Part shown: piece after piece, positions 27,866-37,686 of the stretch | Numbering within the stretch: position 1 is the first letter of the stretch | Layout of the letters: each line of letters opens with the position of its first letter | Virus record (IMG/VR): IMGVR_UViG_3300026512_000005 | Coordinates: 32,001-96,000 of that record | DNA: 64,000 nucleotides | Reading direction: 5' to 3' (one strand) | DNA from: a virus | The notes under the pieces: generated by a model | What the model was told of the DNA's origin: nothing | What the model saw: the letters and a program-made list of their open reading frames with translations, nothing else | Databases searched by the model: none | Translations under genes and position numbers: made by a program

Positions 27866-28287
27866 AGTGGTGCGTGCTATACTCATGTATAGGAAGTAAC
27901 TATGAGGTTTAAACATACTTACCGAACTGAATGTTGTGACTATTCTAATTAACAGTATAATGTAAGTATAATTAAAACATAGACTGAACTATGTTTGGTT
28001 GTACGTTAGTACATATTTGTAAATATAATAAAGGACACCACTTGATGATTATTTCATCTGTTGGTTCATAGCAATGAACTTACATCTGGTATTAATTACC
28101 CGATATGACCATTATAGCACTTGTCATATTTAGATGTTAAAAAAGGAAATCCAAGACACCTTAACCCAATCATTTAGTTAAGCAGGACAAAATTGTATTT
28201 AAAATTTCAAGTATCCATCACAATCATAGAACACTCTATCTACTAATAACGGCTCGTAACATTATTAGCAGATTAAAGTGTTCTCTC
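27800..28287 (-). ncRNA. Putative structured non-coding RNA (~490 nt)
   Basis: 557-bp gap with no long ORF; many stems and two long-range pairings; G-U pairs occur only on the minus strand; a TATG start motif and a terminator bound it. Confidence 0.6.
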
Positions 28288-28304
28288 ATATAATAGAAAA
28301 CCAT

Positions 28305-29246
28305 TTAATAAAGTTTGCGGTATAACTTTTCTATCTCACCACCCAATACTGGATCGCGTCGTTTAATACTAGCTAACACTTCATTATTGGACATTCGTGT
28401 AGACCAGCGTTGGTCCATAGCTATTGTATAAATATGCTTCCGTAGCTTAACGTTCTGTGGTTTAATATATACTTTATCGCCCAGTATAGGATACAAAACT
28501 TCGGTAAAAGGAAATACGGTCATACTATTCTTACCCAGTCTGTGATATTTACTCCACCACGTATCATTATGTTTTATAGCACCGGTGTGTGATTCTAATA
28601 ACTTAACATCCGCCTTAGACCTAAAGTTCAATAAATCGAAAGCTATGTGTGTTGTTATAAGTAGGTCTTTTACATACTTTAACTTATGTGTTGTTTTTAC
28701 TACTAAAGCTTTGAATGGTATTAATAAATCTTTGATAGCGTCATCCTCCGTTATCTGTATATGATAGTTAATAGATGTGAAGTCATCCTTATCTTTAAAA
28801 TTAAACCAATTCTTTTTAAGTATATTATAGTCTGGTATATAAATCTGTACATCCATACCTAAACCTAAAGCTGCTTCTATAAAAATTTTTGTATCTTCTA
28901 CAAAGCCTTTACGTATCTGTAAAAACGTAATAGATGATTTAAGGTATTTAATTTTACTGTTGGTGTTACCATCTAGGCAATTTACATAATTCCTATATAA
29001 AGTTCTGGCGTTTATATAATATACTTTATTTTCTACATCTTTACGAATAAGATTTTCGAGTATAATACCTGACGCAATATTACAGCCTATGTCAGAAATG
29101 GCTTCGGTATTTAGAACAACACCTGCTGTAACTTCCCTTGCCAATAACTTATCTAAATCAATTTTACTAATACTATCGGAAATAGTGTCCGTAGTATTAG
29201 TAACAGTTTTCATGGCTCTATCACGCATATGTGTCAACCCTGTCAT
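28305..29246 (-). CDS. Conserved phiKZ gp66-like protein (possible PIN/FEN-like nuclease fold)
   Basis: 'INARTLYRN', 'ITTH..FDL', 'LLESHTG' and 'ILGD' motifs; synteny with sbcD. Confidence 0.55.
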   Translation of the reverse strand: MTGLTHMRDRAMKTVTNTTDTISDSISKIDLDKLLAREVTAGVVLNTEAISDIGCNIASGIILENLIRKDVENKVYYINARTLYRNYVNCLDGNTNSKIKYLKSSITFLQIRKGFVEDTKIFIEAALGLGMDVQIYIPDYNILKKNWFNFKDKDDFTSINYHIQITEDDAIKDLLIPFKALVVKTTHKLKYVKDLLITTHIAFDLLNFRSKADVKLLESHTGAIKHNDTWWSKYHRLGKNSMTVFPFTEVLYPILGDKVYIKPQNVKLRKHIYTIAMDQRWSTRMSNNEVLASIKRRDPVLGGEIEKLYRKLY

Positions 29247-29248
29247 AC

Positions 29249-29878
29249 TTACTCCTTACAATGTTCTTTAATAATATCTCTAACTTTATACTTATCAATT
29301 CTATCAACATCTTTTTGCAAATTCCTAACATCATTACCATAGGCTCTCATGTAAAGCTTCGGATACTCAATATACCCGTTACTACCAAATTTTTCATGAA
29401 GATGTTCAACTATACTTTGGTAAATTTCATTTACTTTTTTACCTTCTCTATAATGATATTTATAACTCCTACAAATCATCTCTGTTAATATCAAACGACC
29501 TTTATCGGCTGTTGCAATTAACTCAGCCAGTTCACCACTAAAGTTCACTATTTGTAGAGACGAACGATGTTCATAAACCGCGATGGCTATACGATTACGA
29601 GTAATTTGATCCAATTCTTTTAGGAAAATATCATCAGTATTTAGTAACACATAATCGTGAGCCAGCTTATTATGTAACTTTCTATCTTCACCAGTAAAGA
29701 TATCATGAATATATGCAGCTAGTATAATTTCCTTTTTATCTATCTTAAGATTTAGCCGTTCGTTTATATCCAATGCATTATTACAAACATCATCTGCATG
29801 GTCTATTTTATGTGCTTCATCATTTTTATCATAATAATGTTTATAATAACTTCTAACTTCTTCTCTAAATTCTACCAT
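29249..29878 (-). CDS. HD-domain metal-dependent phosphohydrolase
   Basis: AHKIDH...AAYIHDI...H...EHRSS...ATAD. Confidence 0.8.
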   Translation of the reverse strand: MVEFREEVRSYYKHYYDKNDEAHKIDHADDVCNNALDINERLNLKIDKKEIILAAYIHDIFTGEDRKLHNKLAHDYVLLNTDDIFLKELDQITRNRIAIAVYEHRSSLQIVNFSGELAELIATADKGRLILTEMICRSYKYHYREGKKVNEIYQSIVEHLHEKFGSNGYIEYPKLYMRAYGNDVRNLQKDVDRIDKYKVRDIIKEHCKE

Positions 29879-29908
29879 TTGTATTCCTTATTATTTTATG
29901 TTTACACA

Positions 29909-31021
29909 TTAATGATGTACATCTGTAAGTTTTTGTAATTCATTTACTATAACTTTTATATCTATACCATCCTTTCTGGCTTCCTCTAGTATATGATTAG
30001 TTATAATAGACTTGTCTAACTTAATAATATCACGGGATATACGTTTAGGATTTAAGATTTTATCAACTTTCTTATCAGAACGTTTCTCTATCTTAAGATT
30101 TAGATGTGGGAACAACTTATGCAACTCTTTTATGTTACTCTTTAGTGTATTAAAATTGTCGGTTATTAACCTAAGATATTGTCGTCTTTGTTTTATTTTG
30201 TTAAGTAATGAACGGATATCCTGTATATTACTATTACCAACGTCTATTGTTCTAAATTTTAATCTGTTCTTATTCTCCAGAAATCTGTACTTAAATGTAC
30301 TATTTTTTAAATTCATGTGTATCATTAATGCACCCTTTTTAACATCATCATCTTCATGAGTTAATGAATCAATGCTACCTGGAATTAGGATATTCTTATA
30401 TACAGAATGTTTATGAACGTGTCCGCAAATTATGGGTCCTTTACAAATGTCTATATAATTATCTGGGTTATGTAAATTCTCTATGAAATCTGGTAATTGA
30501 AAAGTAAAAGCTCCATGCATGATAATAACATCAACTGTTTTTAAATTATGTTCTCGTAACTTAAGCTGTACATCCTTGTATATATCTTTAGCAGTAACAT
30601 TCCATTCATCCGGCAAATATAGAATATTTATATCCTCTTCATCTAGATGCTCTATACTTAACGATTCTACATATCTAAAGTCTACATCCATGTCTAACGC
30701 CTCTATAATACTATAGATTATTTTAACCTGTTTCCAATCATGACTAGGTGTTCCCTCCAGAATACGTAGTTTAATATTAAACCCTTTACAGAATAGTACT
30801 AACTCTGATAACCATTGTTTAATCATAATCATCTCTGCGCTATTAGCACTGAGTAGTCTATCGAACGTATCACCAGATATAGCTATCATATCTGCTTTAG
30901 TAATTTGCGTGTGATATGTCTTAAATAATTTACGTACATTAAATATAATATCCTCAGTTTTATTAGTATTATGTCCCAGATGTATATCTGATAAAACAAA
31001 TATTGAAAATTGTTCTAGCAT
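29909..31021 (-). CDS. sbcD: SbcD/Mre11-like metallophosphoesterase nuclease (phiKZ gp65-like)
   Basis: SDIHLG, GDTFD, GTPSHD, MHG, GHVH and PGS motifs. Confidence 0.9.
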   Translation of the reverse strand: MLEQFSIFVLSDIHLGHNTNKTEDIIFNVRKLFKTYHTQITKADMIAISGDTFDRLLSANSAEMIMIKQWLSELVLFCKGFNIKLRILEGTPSHDWKQVKIIYSIIEALDMDVDFRYVESLSIEHLDEEDINILYLPDEWNVTAKDIYKDVQLKLREHNLKTVDVIIMHGAFTFQLPDFIENLHNPDNYIDICKGPIICGHVHKHSVYKNILIPGSIDSLTHEDDDVKKGALMIHMNLKNSTFKYRFLENKNRLKFRTIDVGNSNIQDIRSLLNKIKQRRQYLRLITDNFNTLKSNIKELHKLFPHLNLKIEKRSDKKVDKILNPKRISRDIIKLDKSIITNHILEEARKDGIDIKVIVNELQKLTDVHH

Positions 31022-31063
31022 ATGTATCCTTTTTTTGTTTGATTATAAAAAACAGGAGAATAA

Positions 31064-31483
31064 ATGTATAAGACAGTACCTACGTTAACAACCGATGGCT
31101 TCGTTACGCATCCACCACATATGTTAATTAAAATCTTTGAATATTTCCTATCGTCAGATTATTCACAAACTGTAACATTTTATGGGAGTATTGCTAGCTT
31201 TAGATACATTGTAAGAAAACATTCCGATAACTTAGATAACCTAAGATATGAGTTAAACACTAAACTACAAACTACACTTAGTAGATTTTGGAATAATGTA
31301 ACTGTTGAAACTGAATTAACAGAGATACCCAATAGTGTTTTCATGAGCGTCATATTTAATATAGAGGTTATTGTTGACGGTCAGAAGTATATTTTAGAAC
31401 GAGAGATACGTTTAAATAATACGACTTTCCTTAATAAGGATGTCTTGATTGAATATTTAGAGACAGGAGTATATAATGGATGA
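31064..31483 (+). CDS. Conserved phiKZ-like protein (possible gp25-like baseplate fold)
   Basis: 139 aa; 'PTLTTDGFV...SDYSQT'. Confidence 0.5.
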   Translation: MYKTVPTLTTDGFVTHPPHMLIKIFEYFLSSDYSQTVTFYGSIASFRYIVRKHSDNLDNLRYELNTKLQTTLSRFWNNVTVETELTEIPNSVFMSVIFNIEVIVDGQKYILEREIRLNNTTFLNKDVLIEYLETGVYNG

Positions 31484-32048
31484 TTTAAAGAAGGTCAATG
31501 CGGTATTAATAAATAGTCACCTTGAGGAGCTAACTGAACTTAGTGAGCGTTTGGCACCTATAAGCGAGGTTAGTGAGGATATAACGATAGAAGAGTTTGA
31601 GTTATACTTCTTACCGTTTATAATAGGTGAGCTGGAGTTTAATGATGAAAATAAAACAATCTTCTTTTATAATTACAAAAAGATTGCTAAAGGTGTAACG
31701 ACACCACTATACGTTATAGAGGATGATGAGGTTAAGTACAAGCTACCGCCTATGTTAGTTACGAATGATTTAGATGGATTAGATGAATTTAATTTTCATA
31801 GAATATTAAATGTGTTCTCTAATACAAAAGACACTAATCCAATGGTTGCGGACAAGTTTTTAGCTAGCAGTTTAAATACTATCTCTGATGAAATAAACAC
31901 TAGTAAAAAATACGACTTATATATAAATGAGTTACGTAGAATATATGCAGATTATAGTTACAGACTAAAAGTTGATGTGAAAGATGAAAAGTCTACGCAA
32001 ACAGTTAAGGACGAAGAAATAGAAGAAGACTTTATAGAATACTACTAG
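31476..32048 (+). CDS. Conserved hypothetical acidic protein
   Basis: 190 aa; 'EEFELYFLPF'; translationally coupled to the upstream gene. Confidence 0.55.
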   Translation: MDDLKKVNAVLINSHLEELTELSERLAPISEVSEDITIEEFELYFLPFIIGELEFNDENKTIFFYNYKKIAKGVTTPLYVIEDDEVKYKLPPMLVTNDLDGLDEFNFHRILNVFSNTKDTNPMVADKFLASSLNTISDEINTSKKYDLYINELRRIYADYSYRLKVDVKDEKSTQTVKDEEIEEDFIEYY

Positions 32049-32070
32049 TATAGCAAATGCTATACTAGTA
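32043..32070. terminator. Bidirectional hairpin between convergent genes
   Basis: TACTAGTATAGCA-aa-TGCTATACTAGTA, containing both stop codons. Confidence 0.7.
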
Positions 32071-32389
32071 AGGTTTTACTTATATTTAGACCAGAGCCAA
32101 GCTCTTCACTCTCCAATTTAACAAGATTGTAATGTTGTACAGTCTCATAAATGTTTATCTTTATAAGATAAGGTTTATTAACTTCCAATACAGTGTCTAT
32201 CGTTTTTATTCTTTTTAAAATTTCATTACGTAGTGCAATGTCAAAATATTCTCTGTAAAAGAATTGTGATACTATCTCTTTATTAACACTCTTCGATAAT
32301 ATATCATCTATATATTCTATAAACTCTTGTGTATTATTTATATGTAAAAGGATAACACCATCCTTAACCGATACCTCTAAATATTCCAT
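32060..32389 (-). CDS. Hypothetical protein
   Basis: 109 aa; last gene of the structural operon. Confidence 0.5.
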   Translation of the reverse strand: MEYLEVSVKDGVILLHINNTQEFIEYIDDILSKSVNKEIVSQFFYREYFDIALRNEILKRIKTIDTVLEVNKPYLIKINIYETVQHYNLVKLESEELGSGLNISKTLLV

Positions 32390-32397
32390 TTTAATTC

Positions 32398-33714
32398 CTA
32401 TAGTTTACGTAATCTCACAATAATTACACCATGTATAAATTTTTTACTTATATCATAATTATAATCAATAGCCTGTACTGTACCAGTTGTGAACATTGCC
32501 TTTTTATCTTTTAGAAACATATATTTAACTGCCATACCGGGTTCTATTATGTTAAAGTCTATGTTTGTTACTCTCATAATAGCCAATAGACTTGTATTCT
32601 TATTTACATTACTTCTATATTTAAAAGTATTATCATCAAATTTTGTGTTAATAAACTTAGAATAGTCCAACAGTTTTCCATCTATATTCTCTATCCCATA
32701 AAGAGTTTCAGGTGTTACTATTATTTGTTCATCGGTTATCTCAGAAATATTTTGTGTTATTATATCTGATTTAGTTTCTATTATACCTGTACCATTCTTG
32801 AAACGAACCTCCTCAGTATCATTTTTGAACTCGACGTCACCTACTATTACTTTGTAAGTATCTACGTCATAATACGCGTTAAAATCGTTCTTATGGTTAT
32901 AACCTACCGATGGGTTAACAATAAGTAGTTTTGGTAAGTCCTTCTCTTTTTCATATCTATCATAATCAAACATTGGAAATACATTTATATTATATGTAAC
33001 GGTTTTTTGGTTACTTTCTATATTAGAGAAATAGATACCTACATCATGATTATACAAACCATAATCACCCTTTTGTAGAGTATAAGGTAACTTGACTACA
33101 TTCGTAAAAGCTGGTATAAGAATATTTTTATACTCGACTTCATTATCCAAGGGAAAAATATTTAACTTATAATCTAACGGTTTACCTAAAACAGTAACAT
33201 CTTTTAAGTTATAACTAAAGGTACTAGACAGTAGTTTAGTTATAGTTAGATTATGATAACAGCCGGAGGTTACAGTGTTTTTAAGTGCAAGTGTCAATGG
33301 GTCTATTAGTTGTAATACTACCTTCTGTACATCCTGCGTATCTAACGCTTCTGCTGATACATTTCTAATTTTACTATTATAATCTACTGGTGCTTTGGTG
33401 ACGACTACTACCTTATATCGTTTAGTAATGGATTTAAGTTTATGTTTAAAAACTAAACTAGCCTCCATATTATCCTTATTACTATAAATCTTTTTCATAA
33501 ATTCACCCATACCAATTGTGAACTCTACATTAATATTATCTGTTATATTTGTTGTATAATTGGAATTAACATTTATATTAGTTAATATGTCTATTGTTAA
33601 ATCATCATAGTCGATAGTATGTATAACCATTTTAATCTTTGGAAATACAAAAGATGTACTTTTAAGTGTAATATCGATTATCTCTTTGTCTAATGCCGTT
33701 GGTTTAGCTTCCAT
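32398..33714 (-). CDS. Virion structural protein (phiKZ gp101-like; baseplate hub-like)
   Basis: 438 aa; 'DYGLY..DVGIY' and 'IEPGMAVKY' hub-type motifs; synteny. Confidence 0.6.
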   Translation of the reverse strand: MEAKPTALDKEIIDITLKSTSFVFPKIKMVIHTIDYDDLTIDILTNINVNSNYTTNITDNINVEFTIGMGEFMKKIYSNKDNMEASLVFKHKLKSITKRYKVVVVTKAPVDYNSKIRNVSAEALDTQDVQKVVLQLIDPLTLALKNTVTSGCYHNLTITKLLSSTFSYNLKDVTVLGKPLDYKLNIFPLDNEVEYKNILIPAFTNVVKLPYTLQKGDYGLYNHDVGIYFSNIESNQKTVTYNINVFPMFDYDRYEKEKDLPKLLIVNPSVGYNHKNDFNAYYDVDTYKVIVGDVEFKNDTEEVRFKNGTGIIETKSDIITQNISEITDEQIIVTPETLYGIENIDGKLLDYSKFINTKFDDNTFKYRSNVNKNTSLLAIMRVTNIDFNIIEPGMAVKYMFLKDKKAMFTTGTVQAIDYNYDISKKFIHGVIIVRLRKL

Positions 33715-33725
33715 ATAAACTCCTA

Positions 33726-34370
33726 TTAGTTAACTAGTATATCACTTAAGTCTATATGTCCCATACGCTTATCTTCCATATCAGTAGACAACAGACCGCC
33801 GCCATAACCTATTACTTCTTGCTCTAACGTACCGGTTATGTTGTTAGCCTGTCCAGTAACGGTTTTCTTTTTGTTTTTGATAAACTCTGTATAGAATTCT
33901 TCTATATATTTTGTAACTGGTATAGACTTATCTTTATCTACAGCTAAATCCAATTCATCGAGTACCTCATTTAGTTTAGTAGCCATTCTATTTATATCAT
34001 CTTTATTTGTTAACGCTATAGCAAATCCATTATGGTATATGTCAATTATTGCGTTTAACGATATATATACTTCTTGTGGTAAATACTCCGTACCACGTAT
34101 GTGTTTATTGTCTCTATAACCACCTGGCATACTTGATAAAGTAGGATTACCTTTTAACCTACGGTCATCGGTACTAGTGTATTCATTAGTTTGTTTATTC
34201 TTACGTAACAGATTATACCTAACCCCATTCTTGTAAATGGTCTCAGTAGGTAGTGGTTCCAGTTCCACATCAGAGACCAGAGCTATAGCTGGTACCTTTA
34301 CAAAGAACTTTACAGAACTTAAATCTTGTATGACGTGGTATGTTAAATTACAATTAAAACCTTTTTGCAT
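33726..34370 (-). CDS. Hypothetical protein (phiKZ gp100-like by position)
   Basis: 214 aa; located within the structural operon. Confidence 0.5.
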   Translation of the reverse strand: MQKGFNCNLTYHVIQDLSSVKFFVKVPAIALVSDVELEPLPTETIYKNGVRYNLLRKNKQTNEYTSTDDRRLKGNPTLSSMPGGYRDNKHIRGTEYLPQEVYISLNAIIDIYHNGFAIALTNKDDINRMATKLNEVLDELDLAVDKDKSIPVTKYIEEFYTEFIKNKKKTVTGQANNITGTLEQEVIGYGGGLLSTDMEDKRMGHIDLSDILVN

Positions 34371-34384
34371 TTTTCTAACTCCTC

Positions 34385-35635
34385 CTATATAAATTTAACT
34401 GTAAATGTTGTTAAATAGTATTTCATAATGTAAATTAATATTGGTATAAAATAGAATTGTTCTTTAGTAGGTATTTCATAGATATTATCTACCAGTTTGG
34501 TAATGTCATCCTTATTAGGAATATTGCCAGTTATGGTGCTCAAGAATAGTTTTTCATACATTGTTAAATGTTCTAGTATTAAATCAATACTTTCACCTTC
34601 TAATACCCTATATATATTTCTACTAAATATATAATAACTATTACTAACCTTAGGGAAAAATTCATTTATTATCTCATATGTATCTTGATCTAACTCCGCC
34701 ATATCTGTTACTTCAGTTATCCTACCAATACCATTGTACGATAGTGCATAAAGGTATGGATTATTAGTATATTCAGATGGTCTTTTATGTTTACTATATT
34801 TCTTTATAGTTGTTTTTGATAATGTTTCATTAACTAGATATTCTAATATAGAAGTATATTTAGATTCTAAATCGATAATCTCCACTCTATTATTAAGGTT
34901 ACCAATACCAATGGTATTACGTATGAAATGTTCCATATGTATGTCATAGTGTAATATTTGTTTATCAGTATACGCTATGTAATAGTTGGTATCAGGTGTT
35001 ATGAATTCATTTACCCAATAACCTAATAGATTAGTTATATGTTCAGTAAACTTACTACGTATTACAATATCATCATTACTATACATAGGACTTGTTCGTG
35101 TTAATCTATAATCTTTGTTATATGTAAACTCTTCATATACAGATTTCATTAATTTGGTGAATATACCATCTTGTGTGTTATCGAATGCTGTATATATACT
35201 GTAACCTATTTTAAATAAGTTATTGTTATTATAATTAATACGCTCAACTTTCTGAACTGTAAAGATAGCAGTCCTACCATCTGGTAGTTTTGTTAAGAAT
35301 ACATCGTTAGGGTTCGGTACTATATTAAAATCAATTATACCGCTACCAGATAAATTGTCTGGTACACCTGTTGGTAATGGTGTATCGACTTTTATGATAA
35401 GCTTATTAACACGTATATACTCCTGTAAGGTTATATCTAATTCAGTATCGAATTGTGTTATTGAGGTATTTTCATCAATCTTTCGATGTAGGTATGTAAC
35501 CTCCCAATTGTAACCACTCATAGTTACTAGTAGCGACGTGTCCACACGTTCACTATCGTATATAGGTACTAGTGATGTATTCTCTTTATCCGTTATATTT
35601 TGTTTTATCTCTTCTTCTATTCCAAAAATAGCCAT
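34385..35635 (-). CDS. Virion structural protein (phiKZ gp99-like)
   Basis: 'SGYNWEVTY', 'QEYIRV' and 'VPNPNDVF' motifs; synteny. Confidence 0.65.
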   Translation of the reverse strand: MAIFGIEEEIKQNITDKENTSLVPIYDSERVDTSLLVTMSGYNWEVTYLHRKIDENTSITQFDTELDITLQEYIRVNKLIIKVDTPLPTGVPDNLSGSGIIDFNIVPNPNDVFLTKLPDGRTAIFTVQKVERINYNNNNLFKIGYSIYTAFDNTQDGIFTKLMKSVYEEFTYNKDYRLTRTSPMYSNDDIVIRSKFTEHITNLLGYWVNEFITPDTNYYIAYTDKQILHYDIHMEHFIRNTIGIGNLNNRVEIIDLESKYTSILEYLVNETLSKTTIKKYSKHKRPSEYTNNPYLYALSYNGIGRITEVTDMAELDQDTYEIINEFFPKVSNSYYIFSRNIYRVLEGESIDLILEHLTMYEKLFLSTITGNIPNKDDITKLVDNIYEIPTKEQFYFIPILIYIMKYYLTTFTVKFI

Positions 35636-35698
35636 CTTATATCCTTTAGTTTATTCACTTCAAGAAAATCAATATCTTACATAAACGGCTTTAACCGT

Positions 35699-37084
35699 TT
35701 ATGTATTTTTGAATTCTGCTGATGTTTTACGTATTGAAATATGTTTATTCTCGTTATTAAAAACATATCCAATATTAAGTTCATCACATACTCTCTTATC
35801 TCTAGCAAGTTGGTCACTCATCATGTTGTATGTTAAGAAATCTAAATTACTAACTATACTTATTAACAAATGATACACTGATTCACCGTTTAACTCTTTA
35901 GTGGTTACAATGTTATTTTCATCATCTTTAAACATTTTATAATCTTTGATAACTTTACCCTCAAATAGTTCTACTAAAAATAGACTATTCCCAAAGTTGA
36001 ATAAGTCATATTTCTCTGTATCTTTGAAGTAGTCTATGATACATTTTGGTAATCCTATACGCTTTAAATCGTCAATATTACATATAAAGTTTCTATTGTT
36101 GAAATCTACAGTTAAAAGTAGAGATACTAAACGTACTTTATATAAATCGTGTTCACCATCCCATGGTATAAAATTATCATATGTAGGTATTCTATAAATA
36201 ACATCATTGTTATTTGCACTGGTGGATAAAACACTACCCACTATACTAGATATATTAAGTTTTGTTGTTGCTGTTTCTATAGACTTAGCATATGTCTGTT
36301 GCGGTAACCATTTATCTGGTATTTTGGTATTATTAACCATTATAGGATATTCCAAAACAATAGTAGTTGGTTTTTGAATAGTTAACTTATATGTAAACTC
36401 TAATATATACTCAGCATCGCTCTTTGTTATCTTTATATCGTCGGGAGCTGTCATTATATTACCTATAATGTTATTTTGTTTACCTCTAAAAACTGGTACC
36501 TTATTTTTACTATTACGCGTTACCGCCTTATCCAGTTTATATATGCTATATGTATCTATATACTCGTCTAATGTCAATCCCCTTAGTTCAGCTATACTAC
36601 TAGTTAGTTCTAATACATTATTAGGTAGTAAATATGAAAACTCCAAGTCATGTAGCATTCTATATGAACTATTATCGTAATACATCCTAAAGTTATTTTT
36701 GATAGAAGTCATTCTTTGTTTGGACTGACATCTATATGTATATGTTATCTCCATATTGGTAGACGTATATAGAGGTCGCATAGAGTACCCAGTTACCTTA
36801 TCCAGAAAAATTAACTTATTTGTAGGGTTGAAAGTGGAATTAGTATTACCTAAGATAATATCATCAGTTATTTCAACATTAATATCTACAGTAGATCCGC
36901 CTATTGCGTTATCATAGATGTTATCAGGCATCGTTGCATTCTCGTTGTTATACAGATACTCCATATTGTTAAATGCATCATCATCATGTATAAAATTTTT
37001 ATTTAAGGTAGCACAGACTTGTTTTATAATAGGTGTTATTACAGTTTCATCAACACCACGTATATCGGCTATTCTACGAATCAT
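35699..37084 (-). CDS. Virion structural protein (phiKZ gp98-like)
   Basis: 'IF.D......RP.Y', 'KP....YPIMVNN' and 'IPTYD' motifs; synteny. Confidence 0.65.
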   Translation of the reverse strand: MIRRIADIRGVDETVITPIIKQVCATLNKNFIHDDDAFNNMEYLYNNENATMPDNIYDNAIGGSTVDINVEITDDIILGNTNSTFNPTNKLIFLDKVTGYSMRPLYTSTNMEITYTYRCQSKQRMTSIKNNFRMYYDNSSYRMLHDLEFSYLLPNNVLELTSSIAELRGLTLDEYIDTYSIYKLDKAVTRNSKNKVPVFRGKQNNIIGNIMTAPDDIKITKSDAEYILEFTYKLTIQKPTTIVLEYPIMVNNTKIPDKWLPQQTYAKSIETATTKLNISSIVGSVLSTSANNNDVIYRIPTYDNFIPWDGEHDLYKVRLVSLLLTVDFNNRNFICNIDDLKRIGLPKCIIDYFKDTEKYDLFNFGNSLFLVELFEGKVIKDYKMFKDDENNIVTTKELNGESVYHLLISIVSNLDFLTYNMMSDQLARDKRVCDELNIGYVFNNENKHISIRKTSAEFKNT

Positions 37085-37087
37085 AAC

Positions 37088-37567
37088 TTAGGTTAACCAT
37101 TCAAGTGCACGTAAAGATTTGGACGTAGCGTCGCGTCCGACCACAGTTAACAAAATGGATGTTACTTCACATATTGTTAAGTTACTGGTCTCTGGCGAGA
37201 CTACAAGTTCTTTTTTAACAGGACGATGCTTACCTGATTCAAAATATGTTTTCTCGGTTATGTCATTATCTGTAAAATCCATAATAATCAAGTCGGAATA
37301 ACGTTTAAGCTCCATACGCTCACCATCAACATGTTTGTTAATAATATTAACTATGTGTTCAAATGTAATCAGACTGTTTAGTATATAATCATTACGTCTT
37401 CTCTGTTTATACTTATCTATAAAATACGCCATTGTTTTATTATATAAGTCAGTTCTATCCAGATAATCGCCGACTATTTCCAATACCTCTGTATGTGTTA
37501 AATTTTCATCAGCGATTTCACCAATACACCTCACTTCTCTTGCTTCACTACTCGTTAATAAACTCAT
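37088..37567 (-). CDS. Hypothetical protein
   Basis: 159 aa; AAGGA SD. Confidence 0.5.
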   Translation of the reverse strand: MSLLTSSEAREVRCIGEIADENLTHTEVLEIVGDYLDRTDLYNKTMAYFIDKYKQRRRNDYILNSLITFEHIVNIINKHVDGERMELKRYSDLIIMDFTDNDITEKTYFESGKHRPVKKELVVSPETSNLTICEVTSILLTVVGRDATSKSLRALEWLT

Positions 37568-37643
37568 TCTTATTTCCTTAGTTATTTTTTATACGCTCAA
37601 AAAAATAAACACTTTTTTACTTTATAGAGCATACAAACAAAAC

Positions 37644-37671
37644 ACTTACTACTGTCTAAGCAGTAGTAAGT
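37644..37671 (-). terminator. Terminator hairpin after the internal head genes
   Basis: ACTTACTACTG-tctaag-CAGTAGTAAGT followed by a T-rich tract on the minus strand. Confidence 0.7.
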
Positions 37672-37686
37672 AAAATAGTTAGAAAC

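Noticed and set aside
27800-28290. tRNA, tmRNA or CRISPR array in the large gap
   Set aside because: There is no cloverleaf or T-loop, no tmRNA-type ends and no repeat-spacer periodicity.
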